A stretch of 64,000 bases of DNA from Camelus ferus. Taxonomy: Eukaryota. The position numbers and the translations under genes are program-made. The notes under the pieces were generated by a model. The model saw nothing but the letters and a program-made list of their open reading frames with translations. It was not told the origin of the DNA and ran no database searches. The stretch lies in assembly GCF_009834535.1 (NCBI RefSeq), contig NC_045697.1, forward strand, positions 35,404,001 to 35,468,000, read 5' to 3'. This document shows positions 1-13,227 of this stretch, in pieces. Numbering within the stretch: the first letter of the stretch is position 1; every line of letters starts with the position of its first letter.

Positions 1-329
1 GAGGAGACTCTTAAGTGGGATTTCAGCCCACTTGCCCCCTTGGCTGTGCTCCTCTGTGCAGTATACAAACTGGCCCATCCGGCTTCGGACCCCGTGGTCC
101 TCAGCTAGCTTGGTGGGCTCTGGGAGACCCCCATCCTTCTGCTGAGCCTCTCCTCAGCCCACGCCCCATCTCCAGTGAGGGACCACATTGTGGCCAGGCA
201 GGTGAGAGACTGAATTTACATTGTCCGAGAGCAAAGATGGAAAACCAAAGGAAAAAAAAAAACCAAACCTGTATTCTACTGTACCTGTTTTCCTTATCAC
301 TTGTCAGAGTAGCAGTATTATTTTACTTG

Positions 330-490
330 CTTGATTATTTAAGGAATATCTCCCCTGCAAGCTTGAAAGCCCCATGAGGACATCAACTGGGCCTGTTTGT
401 GCTCAACAAACGTATTATTCCTAGAGCTCAGCAGTGTCTGACGTGTGGAAAGCCCTCAATAAATAAAGGTTGTTTCATGACTAAACGAAC
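330..490 (+). mobile_element. L2 3' end fragment
   Basis: ccccatgagg...cctagagctcagcagtgtctgacgtgtggaaagccctcaataaata resembles the L2 tail. Confidence 0.55.
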
Positions 491-549
491 CTGCAAACTG
501 ATGAGTGTTTCTTTATTTCTCTTAAACTGGCTTTTTGTTTTTAAATGAG

Positions 550-800
550 GGGGGAGCCATGGTTGCTGGCAGCTTATAAGCCCATAGACAGAGAAGGCTG
601 CTTCTCCTTAATTCCAAGTTTAAAAATTCCAGGGAAGGATGCTCATTGGCCCATTTGAGATCACATGCTCACTGGGAGTGGGAAGCACCCCAATTGGCAA
701 GTCCTATCAAAGCTCTGTTTGATGAATGGAGGCGTGAGCAGTTCCCCAAAGAAGAGGAGGCTCTTTGGGCAAAAGAGGGGAAGGCTGGGCAGAAATGACT
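550..800. mobile_element. Old MaLR (MLT1-like) LTR fragment
   Basis: attccagggaagg..cattggccc..tgagatcacatgctcac..gcagttccccaaagaa resembles MLT1J/K-type LTRs. Confidence 0.45.
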
Positions 801-1407
801 CCCAGTGGCCCCAATGCTGCCACTGACTTGCCGTGGGCTGGTCACTTCTGTCTTTGTTTCCTCACTTGTGAAATGAGGGAAGGAGCTGAGCTCACCTGTG
901 AGATCATCCAGCCCAATGTTCTATTCCCTCTTATTCTGGTTCTGGTTCTGGTTCTGTTTCCTCCTGCCAAATTCTGTTCTAGTGCCGCAGGTGTTAAGCG
1001 GAACGAGACATGACTGTGGGCAGCCTCAGTCAAGGACGGCTTAATGGAGGTGAGCGTTACGCTGAGCAGGAAGGGCCGAGGAGGAGTTGTACAGCAGAGA
1101 GAGAGGAGGGGAGGCTTTTCAGGGTGAGGGGCTGGCTGGGGAAAGTATGATGGGTCTTAATGTTGAGCCATTTGTTTGCTAGAAGTTTTTTTTTTTTTTT
1201 TGTATAAATATCTTTGCAAGGGGTACCAAGTTAACTCACCTATATTTTCTCTTGAATTAGCTTATTCAAGAACAGCAAGCTGGTCCTCCACAAGGATCTG
1301 AGGGAATGAGACATTGGACAGGTAAGTTTTAATAATCAAAATAGGTCTTGAGTACAAGCATCTCTTGGTTGTATGAATTAGGCTGATCACTGTGGGGTCT
1401 ATATATA

Positions 1408-3997
1408 CAGTTGACCCTTGAACATGGTTTGAACCATGTTGGTCCACTTATATGCAGATTTTTTCAATAAATATACAAAAATACACATGAAGAACATCGT
1501 GTGCAAGATTTGTGTTGAAGTGGATAGCCTATCCTTACATAGGCATAAGGTGAGTGATATTTAATATAAAATTAATAATGTGCTAGTTTGCTTACTGTTT
1601 TATAACTTTGCTTTCAAAGAATGACATTACCATGCAATATGCTTCTCTCTCTCATAATTGGTGAAACTGTGTATCAGCCTATGATCACACAGGTAAGCAG
1701 GGTTTTTTTTAATGCCACTGCCAGCCATGCTGCCATCCCCTCCCACCCTGCACCTGTCACTGCATGCTCTGCACACTAGCTGAGTGGTTTTTTTAAAAAA
1801 AAAACAAGGTTTCCAACATTGTATTATTATTCTTTTTTAATTGAAGTATAGTCAGTTTACAATGTTGTGTCAGTTTATGGTGTACAGCATAATGTTTCAA
1901 TCATATATGTTCATACCTATATTCCTGTTCATATTCTTTTTCGTTATAGGTTACTACAAGATATTGAATGGTTCCCTGTGCTATACAGTGTAAACTTGTT
2001 ATTTATCTATTTCTGAAAATGAAAAAAAATTTTTTTTGTTTATCTATTTTATATATAGTAGTTAGTATCTGCAAATCTTGACCTCCCAATTTATCCCTTC
2101 CCTCCCTCTCACCCTGCTGGTAACCATAGTTTGTTTTCTATGAGTCTGTTTCTGTTTTGTAAATAAGTTAATTTGTCTTTTTTTAAAAGATTCCACATAT
2201 AAGTGATATCACATGGTATTTTCTTTCTCTGTCTGGCTTAATTCACTTAGTATGATAATCTCCAGGTCCATCCACGTTGCTGCAAATGGCATTATTTTAT
2301 TATTTTTTTATGGCTGAGTAGTATTCCATTGTATAAATATACCACAGCTTTTTTATCCAGTCATCTGTTGATGGACATTTAGGTTGTTTCCATGTCTTGG
2401 CTATTGTAAACAGTGCTTCTATGAACACTGGGGAGCATGTATCTTTTCAAATTAGTTTCCTCTGGATATATGCCCAGGAATGGGATTGCCGGATCATATG
2501 ATAAATCTATTTTTAGTTTTTTAAGGGACCTCCATACTGTTTTCCATTATGGCTGCACCAAACTACATTCCTACCAACAGTGTAGGAAGGTTCCCTTTTC
2601 TCCACACCCTCTCATTTGTGGACCTTTTTAATGATGGCCATTCTGACCAGTGTGAGGTGATACCTCATAGTTTTGATTTTCATTTTTCTGATAATTAGTG
2701 ATATTGAGCATTTTTTCATGTGCCTATTGGCCATTTATATGTCTTCATTGGAGAAATGCTTGTTTAGGTCTTCTGTTCATTTTTGGATTGGGTTGTTTGT
2801 TTTTTTGTTATTAAGTTGTATGAGCTGTTTATATATTCTGGAAATTAAATCTTTGTCAGTTGCACCATTTGCAAATATTTTCTCCCAGTCTGTAGGTTGT
2901 CTTTTTGTTTTGCTTATGGTTTCCTTTGCTGTGCAAAAGCTTGTAAGTTTGATTCTGTCCCATTTGCTTATTTTGCTTTTATTGCTATTGCCTGGGTAGA
3001 CTGCCCTAGGAGAACATTGCTAAGATTTATGTCAGAGAATGTTTTGCCTCTTTTCTTCTAGGAGGTTTATAGTGTTTAAGTCTTTGATCCATTTTGAGTT
3101 TATTTTTGTGTATGGTGTGAGGGAGTGTTCTAACTTCATTGATTTACATGTGGCTGTCCAGCTTTCCCAACAACACTTGCTGAAGAGACTGTCTTTTCTT
3201 CATTGTATATTCTTGCCTCCTTTGTCAAAGATTAATTGACTGTAGGTGTGAGGGGTTTATTTCTGGGTTCTCTGTTCTGTTCTATATATCTGTTTTTGTG
3301 CCAATACCACACTGTTTTGATTACTGTAGCTCTGTAGTATTGTCTGAAGTCTGGGAAGATTATTCCTCCAGTTTCATTCTTTTTCTTCAGTATTGCTTTG
3401 GCAATTCTGGGTCTTTTGTTCAACACTGTATTATGAATATGACTATGATCCTACATGCCATAAAATTTTTATAATGATTCATTCATTAGTGTATAGGCTA
3501 GGCTACTAGGAAGCAATTATACCAATTATATTAGGCAACCATAAAGCAATTGTATTGCTGCTTCTCTGTTATCAATGCATGAGTCGTTATACCTGTAAAT
3601 AAATATGAATTTCTTTTTCACATTATCTTTTCACTTTTGATGACAAGTGTTAGTAATATATATAGTGTCCACAGTGTTTTGTGTTATATAAGACAGTACT
3701 GATATAGGTACTAACAAATGGCATAAACTTACAGCATCAATACAGTACTGTAAATGTATTTTCTCTTATGATTTTCTTAATAATATTTTCTTTTCTCTAG
3801 CTTACTTTATTATTAGAATACAGTATACAATACATACAATATGCAAAATATGTTAATCAACTGTTTATATAATCAGTAAGGCTTCTCGTCAACAGTAGAT
3901 TATTAGTTAAGTTTTGAGGGGGTCAAAAGTTATATGCAAATTGTCGACTGCAGAGGCACTGGCATCCCCAACCCCTGTGTATTTCAAGGTACAACCG
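1408..3997 (+). mobile_element. Tigger2-derived DNA transposon fossil interrupted by an L1
   Basis: Left end TA-CAGTTGACCCTTGAAC, right end TTCAAGGTACAACCG-TA (degenerate TIRs, TA TSD); internal sequence resembles the Tigger2 consensus. Confidence 0.8.
1828..3420 (-). mobile_element. 5'-truncated LINE-1 (ORF2 C-terminal part plus 3' UTR)
   Basis: Minus-strand ORF2 peptide [35 protein letters not shown]; typical L1 3' sequence; 14-bp TSD caaca(t/c)tgtattat at 1814-1827 and 3421-3434. Confidence 0.93.
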
Positions 3998-4809
3998 TAC
4001 TTTGCATGTGTGCTGGTGAGGGGTGGGGAAACTTTTGCTCCAATAGTGGGAGGCAGGGAAGAAAGATATATCTCCCCTTCATGATGCAAAACTGGCACGA
4101 GGCTCTTCCAAACACAACTGGTCCTAAACCCTTCCCATGATCATTAAGTACAATAACTTCTTGGCACCTGTCTGTTCCCCTTCTGATTTTTCAAGTAGGC
4201 CCTCTGTAGTTTTCCTTAAGGATGTGGTTTAAGCTCAGTTCAGTCTTTGTCAATCTTGTTCCTATTGTGGAACAGCGAGGTTTGCCTTCAGTCCCTAAGG
4301 ATGAGCTTCATCTAGAAAGTGGGAGCAGTCCGCCCAGGAGGATCATCCAGCAGGCACCACGATGAGAGCTCTGGGCACCTGGGGTGGGGGTGCCTTGATG
4401 AGGGAGAGAAGGCTTCCAAGGGGAAGTGGCAGGAGGAGGACAGGTGGCACAGTGTGGAGCCCGGGTCAGTGGCCATCCTTGAAAGGCACGTTGCCTATAA
4501 CACTATTTTGAGCCTTGCTCTCACACACCCCAAAGTGTAGTCCTGTTGCTGGACCCTTTAATCTGATTAACAAGGAGGAGAAGAAAATTCCATACCCTAG
4601 AATTGGGGAAACCACGTTTCATATTACCACTAATGATGGACAGAGAGCATACAGGACTTGCCTGGACTCCTAGAACTATGTGGGGTGTGACTGCCTACTG
4701 GTGCTAGAAAAACAGGTGCAGCTTCTACATGGAAGGCCCTAGAGTGTGTGTTGGATGAGGAGGGATGGGGTGGATAAACAGGCCCCCTGTAAAATGTTAT
4801 ACAAAGATG

Positions 4810-5045
4810 CAGTATAGCATAGTGTTTAAATACACAGATTCCAAGCCAGCCAGCGTGGGTTTAGTTCTCCTGGTTCCGCCACTCAAGCTGTGTAACCTTG
4901 GGCCAGTTGCTTGACCTACTGTGCCTCAGTCTCCTCACCTGTAAAATGAATTTAACGAAAGTTTCTACCTCCTGGGACTGTTGGGAGGGTTAAATGAGTT
5001 AATACGAGCTCCCAGTGCCAAGTGAGTGGTACTTAAGTATTTGCC
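4810..5045 (+). mobile_element. MIR SINE
   Basis: Core ctgtgtaaccttgggccagttgcttgacc..tgtgcctcagtctcctcacctgtaaaatg. Confidence 0.8.
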
Positions 5046-7339
5046 AATATTTATCTTCCCCAATCTATTGTCTGTGAATTTGAAATGCTTCCCAAAGCTG
5101 AAGTTATAAAATTTGAATGGTGACTTAGAGCAGACTAAGGTTGTGGTGATAGAGCTTCAAAGCCAGAAAAAGTGACTGTGAGATGGAAAGATGAAGAATA
5201 AAACGGAAGCAGTTGTAGGGGCTCAAGGTTGGGCTTTCGGGATAAACCGACCAGACCGAGGGATGGGGGCAGGAGGCTGGGAAGCCTAGAGCTCAGCCAG
5301 AAGGGATCAGTGCCCGGGGTCCGGACGAGGCGGGAAACACTCAAACGAGAGAGAAGGCACAGGGGGACTCTGGGCCCGGCCCAGAGTCCGGGCGTGGGTT
5401 GCTGCCGAAAGAGCATTTTTGACTGCAACCCAGTTTGGAACTGGAGGTGAGCAAAACCTGGGAAGAGATGCAGTTTATTTCTGGCATCTCCTCTCCAGAG
5501 AGCACCACCCCTCTCTTGCTCTATGTCTGATACTTTCACACTGTCTTGAAAATGCTGTTCCTCTAGAGCCATGCCTTGTCCTCCCCACTGCTCCACAGCG
5601 TGGAACCGCTTACCTCACCCACCCCTCCCTGCACAAGCTTCCCGTTATCTGAGCCAAGACTCAGAAGTCAGCCTGCCTCGAGGAGACCTAACAGCGTGGA
5701 ACTCATCTCTCACTAATGAAATCACTGACAGCCACGGACTAGTCCCTAAGGTGCTTGGGTTTTTAAAAGGAAATACTTGTAAACTCAAATGAATCTCTAA
5801 CTAGGAATTCTTAATTTAGGGGGTGACGGTGTGAGTGCAGGTAGATTTCAGGCCTTTGACAGAGAATCCTCATTTTCAATGATTCTTAAAGGGAGTCTGT
5901 GATTCCCAAAATGTTCAGGATATTTGCTTTAACCTATTTTGGCTAAGGCAGTGGAATAAAGGAAAACGGAAGCCTTCAGTTTAGTTGGAAGAAAATAGTT
6001 TTCAACTTCTTAAGTTAGAGGTTTGCATGTGTGCATGTCTCCAAATTCTTTTCTGTTTCTATTTTGGAACCACAGATTGTTTTTTTTTTCTTTAAATGTT
6101 TGGATTCATTGCTTTCTTTCCCACCAACATGGCTCCTGTGGTAGCCTCAACTGGGCGTTCAGGTGTGACCGTCAGGAGCTGTGAGGTAGCTGAGGCAGGT
6201 GTAACCAGGTTGTAGGAGCTGGAATCTGCTTAGTCACGGGTTTTTGACATCTTACGTCCTCTCCCTCTCTAAAACAGGAAGTTCTTACTTCCATAACGTG
6301 TTATCATCACCAGGGAAGTGAGCATATATTTTCCACAGCACCCGCCCCCTCTTCCCTCCCGCATCCCCTATTGCTGTCTGCGTCTCCATCCACTCTCCCA
6401 GCATGCTTCACTTTGCCATAATGAGATGCTCGGCTCCTCTGCAGCCACGACGTCTGGAGATGGATGGGGCCTCCTGTACTGCCCTGAGAGGGATGTTAAA
6501 AAGACACTGTATTCATGGAAGCAGGCTAGGAAAGGCGAGGAGAAATGGAGAGCCTGACAACACACAGAAGCCATTGTCCACGTAAAATGGTTATTCTTTC
6601 TGTCCATCCCCTGCGAGCTGGAGTAACTGCAACAAAGCCATATTTATGAAAGTCACTATAAAGGTCATGAATTGTTTAGATTCTATTGGAAAATTACACC
6701 TTCTGAGATTGAATTTAATGCGACATCATTAGGGCTTGATTAGCTCAATGCGATTAAAGTGAAAACACCCAATTCAGAGAAGAACATGTGGTAATGAATG
6801 AATACATTTTTATTCAAATATTCTGTTAAATCCCTAGGCAGGTGTGATTTCTGTGAAATAAAAGGCCCTGGATAAAAAAGAAAAGTGTCAGTATAAGCAT
6901 GTTATGGTTGTGCTGCAGAAAAAGATTAGCAGGAAAAAAAAAAAGGCTTATTAATGCTACAGTAATAGTCATATGTCAAGAAATCTTGGAGGTTAGAAAT
7001 AATTCAAAAAATAAATGAAATTTCCTCTATATCTAGGACAGGCAAAAAAAATTGTTACTAAATGAAGTCAAAATTGAAACACTGATGTCAAATTTCAGTG
7101 TAACTGAATAATTCTTAGCTTTTCTGAGAGATGTCTAAGACGGCTGCTTTATAAAGAAAGGAACAAGGATCTTCTAGAAATTTAAAAATACAGGCTCATT
7201 GTTACTTCAAATAGTCCCAAACATAAAAATTAGCCAACTGCACCTCCCAAGATTACATTAGATTCACACAGAAATACATGGCCACATCACAGAGTTGATG
7301 CTCACACATTGATTCCTGCTTCCCTCCTACTTTTATAAA

Positions 7340-7500
7340 TGCTTTTACATATTTTATCTTATTTAGCTCTTATTTATCCCTTGAAGATATTACTCCCATT
7401 TTTATAGATGATGGAACTGAGGCTCAGACAAGTTTAATGCCTCTTCAAGCATTTAAGTAGTAGGTAGGATTTGAGTTTTAATTCAGGCTGGCCCAAGGGT
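7340..7500 (-). mobile_element. MIR SINE fragment
   Basis: cccatttttatagatgatggaactgaggctcaga. Confidence 0.65.
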
Positions 7501-8064
7501 AATACTTAAAGATATTTTGCCTGTGTCTCTAGTATAGCAGATTTTAAATTGTTTCTATCAGTAACTGTAGCTCTCGGGGAGAGGCAGTATTACATCAAAG
7601 TTAAGGAAGAGAAATTATTCATTATGGGAACCCAAAATGTGTCTCTCTTCATGCAGAATCCCCCGTAACTGATTACTTGTTTAGGGTGCTGTCTTTCTAT
7701 AGTCACAGGCATTTCCTATATCCACTTGAACTTCCAGTATCAATCAGTTTTCATTAAGCAAGTTTCCAGAGAGTTTGAATGACGGGCATTGATTTTTTTT
7801 TTCTTTACTGTGTAAAGTCTCACATGCCAGTTCCAAACTAGGGTAATTTCACACTGGTAAAGGACACTTTTGTATGCTAATTCGGTGTTCACCGTAAACT
7901 CTAGAAGGGAGGAAGGAAGCCCAGTTAATAGAACACAGCGACTGTGGAGTCAGGGACTAGCTTACAGGGAAAGACAGACTTGGAATGACAAGCTGGATGT
8001 GAGAGGGAAGAGTTTATTCTAGAACGTGGGGAGTCCTTAGAGTGTCACACTGACCAAAGCAGAT

Positions 8065-8285
8065 AACATTTATTCAGCATTACTACATGCCAGGTACTTT
8101 TAAGCGCTTTACTTGTGTTTATTCATTCATTTACTTCTCATCACATTCCTATGAGGTAGGTCCTACTATTTTCACTATTTTGCAAATGAGGAAACCAAGA
8201 CAGAGAGGTGTGAAGAAATGTCTTTTAAAGTGGTGGGACCACAGGATTTTAATCCAGGCCATCTGACTCCAGAAAGCCTACATTC
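8065..8285 (-). mobile_element. MIR SINE
   Basis: cctatgaggtagg..tattttgcaaatgaggaaaccaagacagagagg..atctgactccaga. Confidence 0.75.
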
Positions 8286-9289
8286 TGTTCAGGAAAAAAT
8301 GGCAAAAGGGCTCCCAAGGCTAAAATAATGTCCAATGTAGAGGTGGTTCCATAAAGTTCCATCTGTTAAGGTTTTTTTTTTTTTTTTTTTTTTTTAAATA
8401 TTGGGAGGCACGTTCCAGCCCCAGTAGAGGCTGATTAAGAAATGGAAGTCTCTTGAATGTGCATTTTAAGCCCACATGACAGGAGTACATCGGTTCTATG
8501 AAGTAACATGCAGTGATTGTAAAGGGGCTGCTTGCTTGTGTTTAACAGTGTCCTGACCTCAGGTGTAAGAAAGGCAGGGGAAAAGGAAGCTGATGAACGA
8601 AAAAGCAGTAAAGCAAGACAGAAGGCAAATGATGACGTATTTTTGGCTTGTCAATTACTACCAGTCTTAAGGAGGGACTGTCCTTTTTGGTGACCATGAG
8701 GAAACTGACTACTTCTATGCTTTTTCCTTTAACCTGATAATTGGGACCTGACTACATGGAGGTATTGAAAAATGAAACCAACAGTTGTATTACCTTAGCA
8801 GCATCCAGCAAGTGGTTATTTACAAAATTGTTCTATGTATATATGTGAGAAGGAACACATTACAGTGACATGTAATTAAAATTAAAAGCTGAAACTGGTT
8901 CCCAATAACACAGGCCTCAGTGGTTAAAAGGTTAATTCCAGTAAGCTGAAGAGGCTGCCCCCTCCCACTGATACAACAGGGTAGAGATTTTATTACATTC
9001 AGCAGAACCTCATTAGATCCTTGGGATAAATAATCTTATTGATAATATACCATGAAATAGATAGCTGCTTTTGAAATAAGATAAAAGGATAAAATAGATA
9101 AAATGTAGTAACCTGGAAATAATCTTTCTGACTCATATCTTTCATAATATACACCTACAAAGGCAGTTTGAGTGGCTAGATATTCAACTTTACAAAGAGG
9201 CCAGATTTCACATACTCTTTTAAAAGTACATTTATATCCATATTATTATATCCTTATAAGTAGAACTCTCAGGTATGTAGGGCATATAT

Positions 9290-9550
9290 TAACTTGATTA
9301 AGAAGAGAGAGAACTGAAGTCCAGCCTGGGAACATTATATCACAGGGAGTCTGGCAACTTAGGGGCACTATTACTTATTAGTGGAGTGGCAAGTTCCTTA
9401 AGGTCTCCCAGCCTCAGTTAACTTATCTGTAAATTGGGGATAATATTAGTACCCCATCGGGGTGTTGTGAAGTTAGGTGGAATAATTAACAAGCAAAGCA
9501 CTGTAAGAGTGGAGCATATCACACTGGAAACACTCAAAAAAGTTTTCATC
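9290..9550 (+). mobile_element. MIR SINE
   Basis: ggcaagttccttaa..gcctcagtt..atctgtaaattggggataatattagtacc. Confidence 0.7.
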
Positions 9551-10419
9551 ATTTGGGTCAACAAACTGTCAGTTGGTTATGAGTTTGGAGAAATAAACCA
9601 TCCTGTATCTCTATGGATATATTTATTTTCCCCCATGTTCTGGAAACCCACTTAGCTGCACTTTTGTAACTTGGGGAGTTCTACGCCTTCTCTCTGTAAT
9701 CTGAGGGTGAATTAATTCCTCCCTGCAGTGTGTTTTCTCATTCTTTTCAAATCTCATATGGGCACATTTACCTATCTGTCTGAGCAGGCCCAACCTTATT
9801 TCAGGCTTGAGGACTACACCATTCTCCATTCTGCAACCCCAACACATGCAGGAAAAGTGGGATGTGTGGAAATTGGGGGAAATTTTATTAAGGAGCACTG
9901 TTGTTCTTTCTCTCACTAGACTTTTCCATAACAAATTTTAATCTAGGCCTAAGGTGTTTAAAATATATGATTAAAATCAGTATTGTACAACAAATAAAAC
10001 AGAAAAATTCCAATTAAATTAGGTTTCAGTTGACACAAAGTACCTTGCTTTAATATTACCTTAAAGCAGTAACTGGGTGAAGCAGTATGGCAGAGAGACT
10101 GCATTCCCAAATAGCTCTACCCACCACAGCCCCAAGACAATTATTAACTGTTTTCTCCAAGGATCTGAATATAAATGCACTGAAGTGTAACATTATTATC
10201 TCAGTAAACATCCCTACAGGAATCAAATTATTTGGGAATGCTACCAGTGAGAAAAAATGGAAATTTACTATAAATTGAAAACAATTCCTTATTGAACTTC
10301 ATAAAAAAGAAGGCAATATTCCAGCTCTGAAGTTAGAATGTGGAGATTGACGTAACTTGCAACTGGAAAGGGACAGTAGTAGTTTACCCATCTTTGGAAT
10401 TTGAAGCTTTGCTATTGGA

Positions 10420-10730
10420 CAGTGTGGTGCAGGGTATAGGAATTGGGAAATTTGCGTTTAAATAATGCTTTGTTATTAACTAGCTGGGCGACTTGGACTT
10501 CACATTTAACCCTTTTGGACCTCATGTATCATATTCTTAAAATGAGGAGGCTGGATTTGATAATCTCCAAGGTTCCTTCCAGATCTAAAATGACACCTTA
10601 CAGTCAACATTCAGTTCACTTTAAGGAAGAGTTAACTAGTGCCTACTATTTGAAAGCACTGTACTAGGTACTAGGGACATAAACATAAATATAACAGGAT
10701 TCCTACCCTCAAAGGTTTATAATCTTGTGG
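10420..10730. mobile_element. MIR3-like fragment (+) followed by an L2 3' fragment (-)
   Basis: cttaaaatgaggaggctggatttgataatctccaaggttccttccag, then gtgcctactatttgaaagcactgtactaggtactagggac. Confidence 0.55.
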
Positions 10731-12773
10731 ATTATTAAAATAACAGGGTAATATGTGCAGAATACTATGTAGTCACTTAATTATACCTGCTTTATTTTCC
10801 ATAAAGCAGGGAGGCTTAACAGACTTATGACCTTTGCCTCTCAATCCTCAGGCTATAGGTGACTCACTACAAAGATCTGTGCAAATTACTCTTGAAATCT
10901 GTTTTTTATTTGAAAATAATCATACCGACCCAACTGAAAGTGATGCTGGAAAATAACAAAGGTTGTATACTCTATAAACTTTTATGGACACCATGGGCCA
11001 GTGGAGTGTTGGGTGCTGGGGCAAAGGAGCTGGCAGGTCCCTCATGCAGATTACCATTATATACATTATTATACAGTCTGCTGCAAATAAATAAATATAT
11101 ATATAGCAAATGACTACCAAAAGCAAATTAACTGTGACTTTATTTTAATTTAGAGGTGTCAAGAAGCAAGTCCATTCCTGTGCAAAATAACATGTGTCTC
11201 AGCCCTTGAAGTACCATGATAAGCAGTAACAAGCCACACAAAAATTACATATACAAAATATTATGAACTTAGATAAACTATATATAATTATTCCCTAGAG
11301 GTAAGAATGGGTTGAAAACATAAATGGAATAAAGAATGCAGGAGCAGCTTTTCTGCTCAGACTAAGGACAGACATTCTTCCAATTAAATCTGCCCAAAGA
11401 GGAATTGCCTATTTCAGTCTAAAGGTACCTACCCTTCCCTGTAGGGCCCAGCTGATGCTGTCAGGTTAAAGGTCACCAATGATGAGATTCTTGTCTGAAT
11501 TGAACCTGAAGTAGATACATTCAGGTTCAAGTCTGAGATTCTATGATTAGATGAAGTGATTCATAGTGTTTGAATGATGGAAATATGATAGATATAAAAT
11601 TAGAAGGATGTAACTTATCAATGAGACATTAGGGATTAAGAGGGATGGAGTATATTACAAGGGGAGGGGTGAGGGACAGAGGAACTGGTTTCATCTTGTT
11701 CTTTCAAACTTCTTGTTTTTGGCTGTAACATTTATGCCTTGATTTGAAACCTAAATTTCAGAACCCTGAAACTCAAAAGCCTTTCGCTGTATAAGTCTAA
11801 AACCAAAACGACTGTGTTGTTACCAGTTGTTTGTGGTGTCATCCATTCGCTAAGGCAGGACGGTGGAATGCCCTGGCTGCGGGATGGGGCAGGGCTTGGG
11901 GATACAGAGAAGTGGTGTATGTGTGTTGTAGTTGAGATAGGAATAGGAGAGGGCAGTCCTCCATTAATATCTCAAAATATTATTCTACTACAAAAATATG
12001 GTGAGTGTGATGACTTGGTTTGAAAGACTTCAAAAAAGAACTGGTCAGAACTCAAGAAAATGGTACGAATTCTTGACTTGGGAAACTCAATGGTTAGAAG
12101 ACTTCACCTAAATTAAAGCCTTCTTCTGCCAAATAATAGCCAGTTTTGTTTTCTGGACCGCTTCTTAGCGTTCAGTGACTTAGGTTCATTTAGCTTACGC
12201 TAAGTGTCCTTTGAGGGCTGGTGACCTAGCCCCTGGACTTGCTGACGTGCTAGACTGAGCCCGAAGCTCAGAGCGTGGCCCTGGGTTTCCTGCATGCGGT
12301 CTAGGGGAGCACATATGTATATCACCGACAATGCAGCATTCGAAGCTTTTAGAACAGACCATTTGTGACGAAGGAGGAAGAAGTGTGTTGACTCTGGAAA
12401 AGAAACGCATTTCTTCAACGGGGAGAGGATGGATTGTTGTACAAGGAAGAATTTGTTCCTCACCGGAGGGTTTGCTGGAAATGAAGACACGGCGATTCTG
12501 TACCCAGTTTCTAGCTGTAGGAAACAGCAAGAGAAGTCCCAGTCCAGGTTCGGCGCAGACTGGGCTCCTGCAGAGAGACGGTCGGAGCCGTGCGAGACAA
12601 GCAGGGGACCCCGATGCGTCGCGCCAGGCGCGAGGGAAGAGCTGATTCCCCTACTCCGTGCAGCGGGATACTAGCTGCCCCAACTGCTCTTCCTCTTCTC
12701 GGTTCTTGTGGAAACACTTCGCGTGCTTTGTTTCAGACACCGACCCATCTTTCTCGGTTGGTCTCCAGATCCA

Positions 12774-13090
12774 CCAATCCCGCCCGCCACAGGGCGGGGC
12801 TTCAGGGTCAAGGTGGACCAATTCCCCAGCCTCGCCCCTACACGCGCTCTCGGACCCCCAGGGCTGAGTGACAGCGCCCGGGCCCAACAGACTATCTCAG
12901 AGCGTGGCCTCCGCCAGGGGCGTTACGGAGACGAGGAGCCAGGACCAATCGCATTGGACCTCAGGGGGCGGGGCCTCTTTGCCAGCTCCAGGCCGGCGCT
13001 CTCCGCACTCTTTTTGTCAAATGAAAGACGCGTAGGGGCGGTCCCTGAGCCAAGGTTCAGCCAATGGAGGAGGCGAGGTGGGCGGGCCGG
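12774..13090. promoter_or_regulatory. CCAAT (NF-Y) and GC-box (Sp/KLF) cluster of a TATA-less core promoter
   Basis: CCAAT at 12774, 12818, 12945 and 13061, ATTGG at 12953; GC boxes near 12779, 12792, 12965 and 13080. Confidence 0.7.
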
Positions 13091-13202
13091 GAGTGCCTGG
13101 CGGCGAGTCCTCTGCTCCCAGCCGAGGTGCGGCGAGCCGGTGGGGGTACCGCGAGGCGAGCGCGGGAGCCTGGGCGGCGAGCTGGGTGTGAGCTGCCCGA
13201 AA

Positions 13203-13227
13203 ATGCACTCGGATGCCGCCGCTGTCA
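13203..13227 (+). CDS. DCUN1D4: DCUN1D4 coding exon 1 (MHSDAAAV, phase 1)
   Basis: ATG CAC TCG GAT GCC GCC GCT GTC A followed by donor GTGAGT at 13228, inside the CpG island; matches the known DCUN1D4 N-terminus. Confidence 0.95.

Noticed and set aside
2437..3239. Hydrophobic plus-strand ORFs
   Set aside because: Antisense readings of the L1 element
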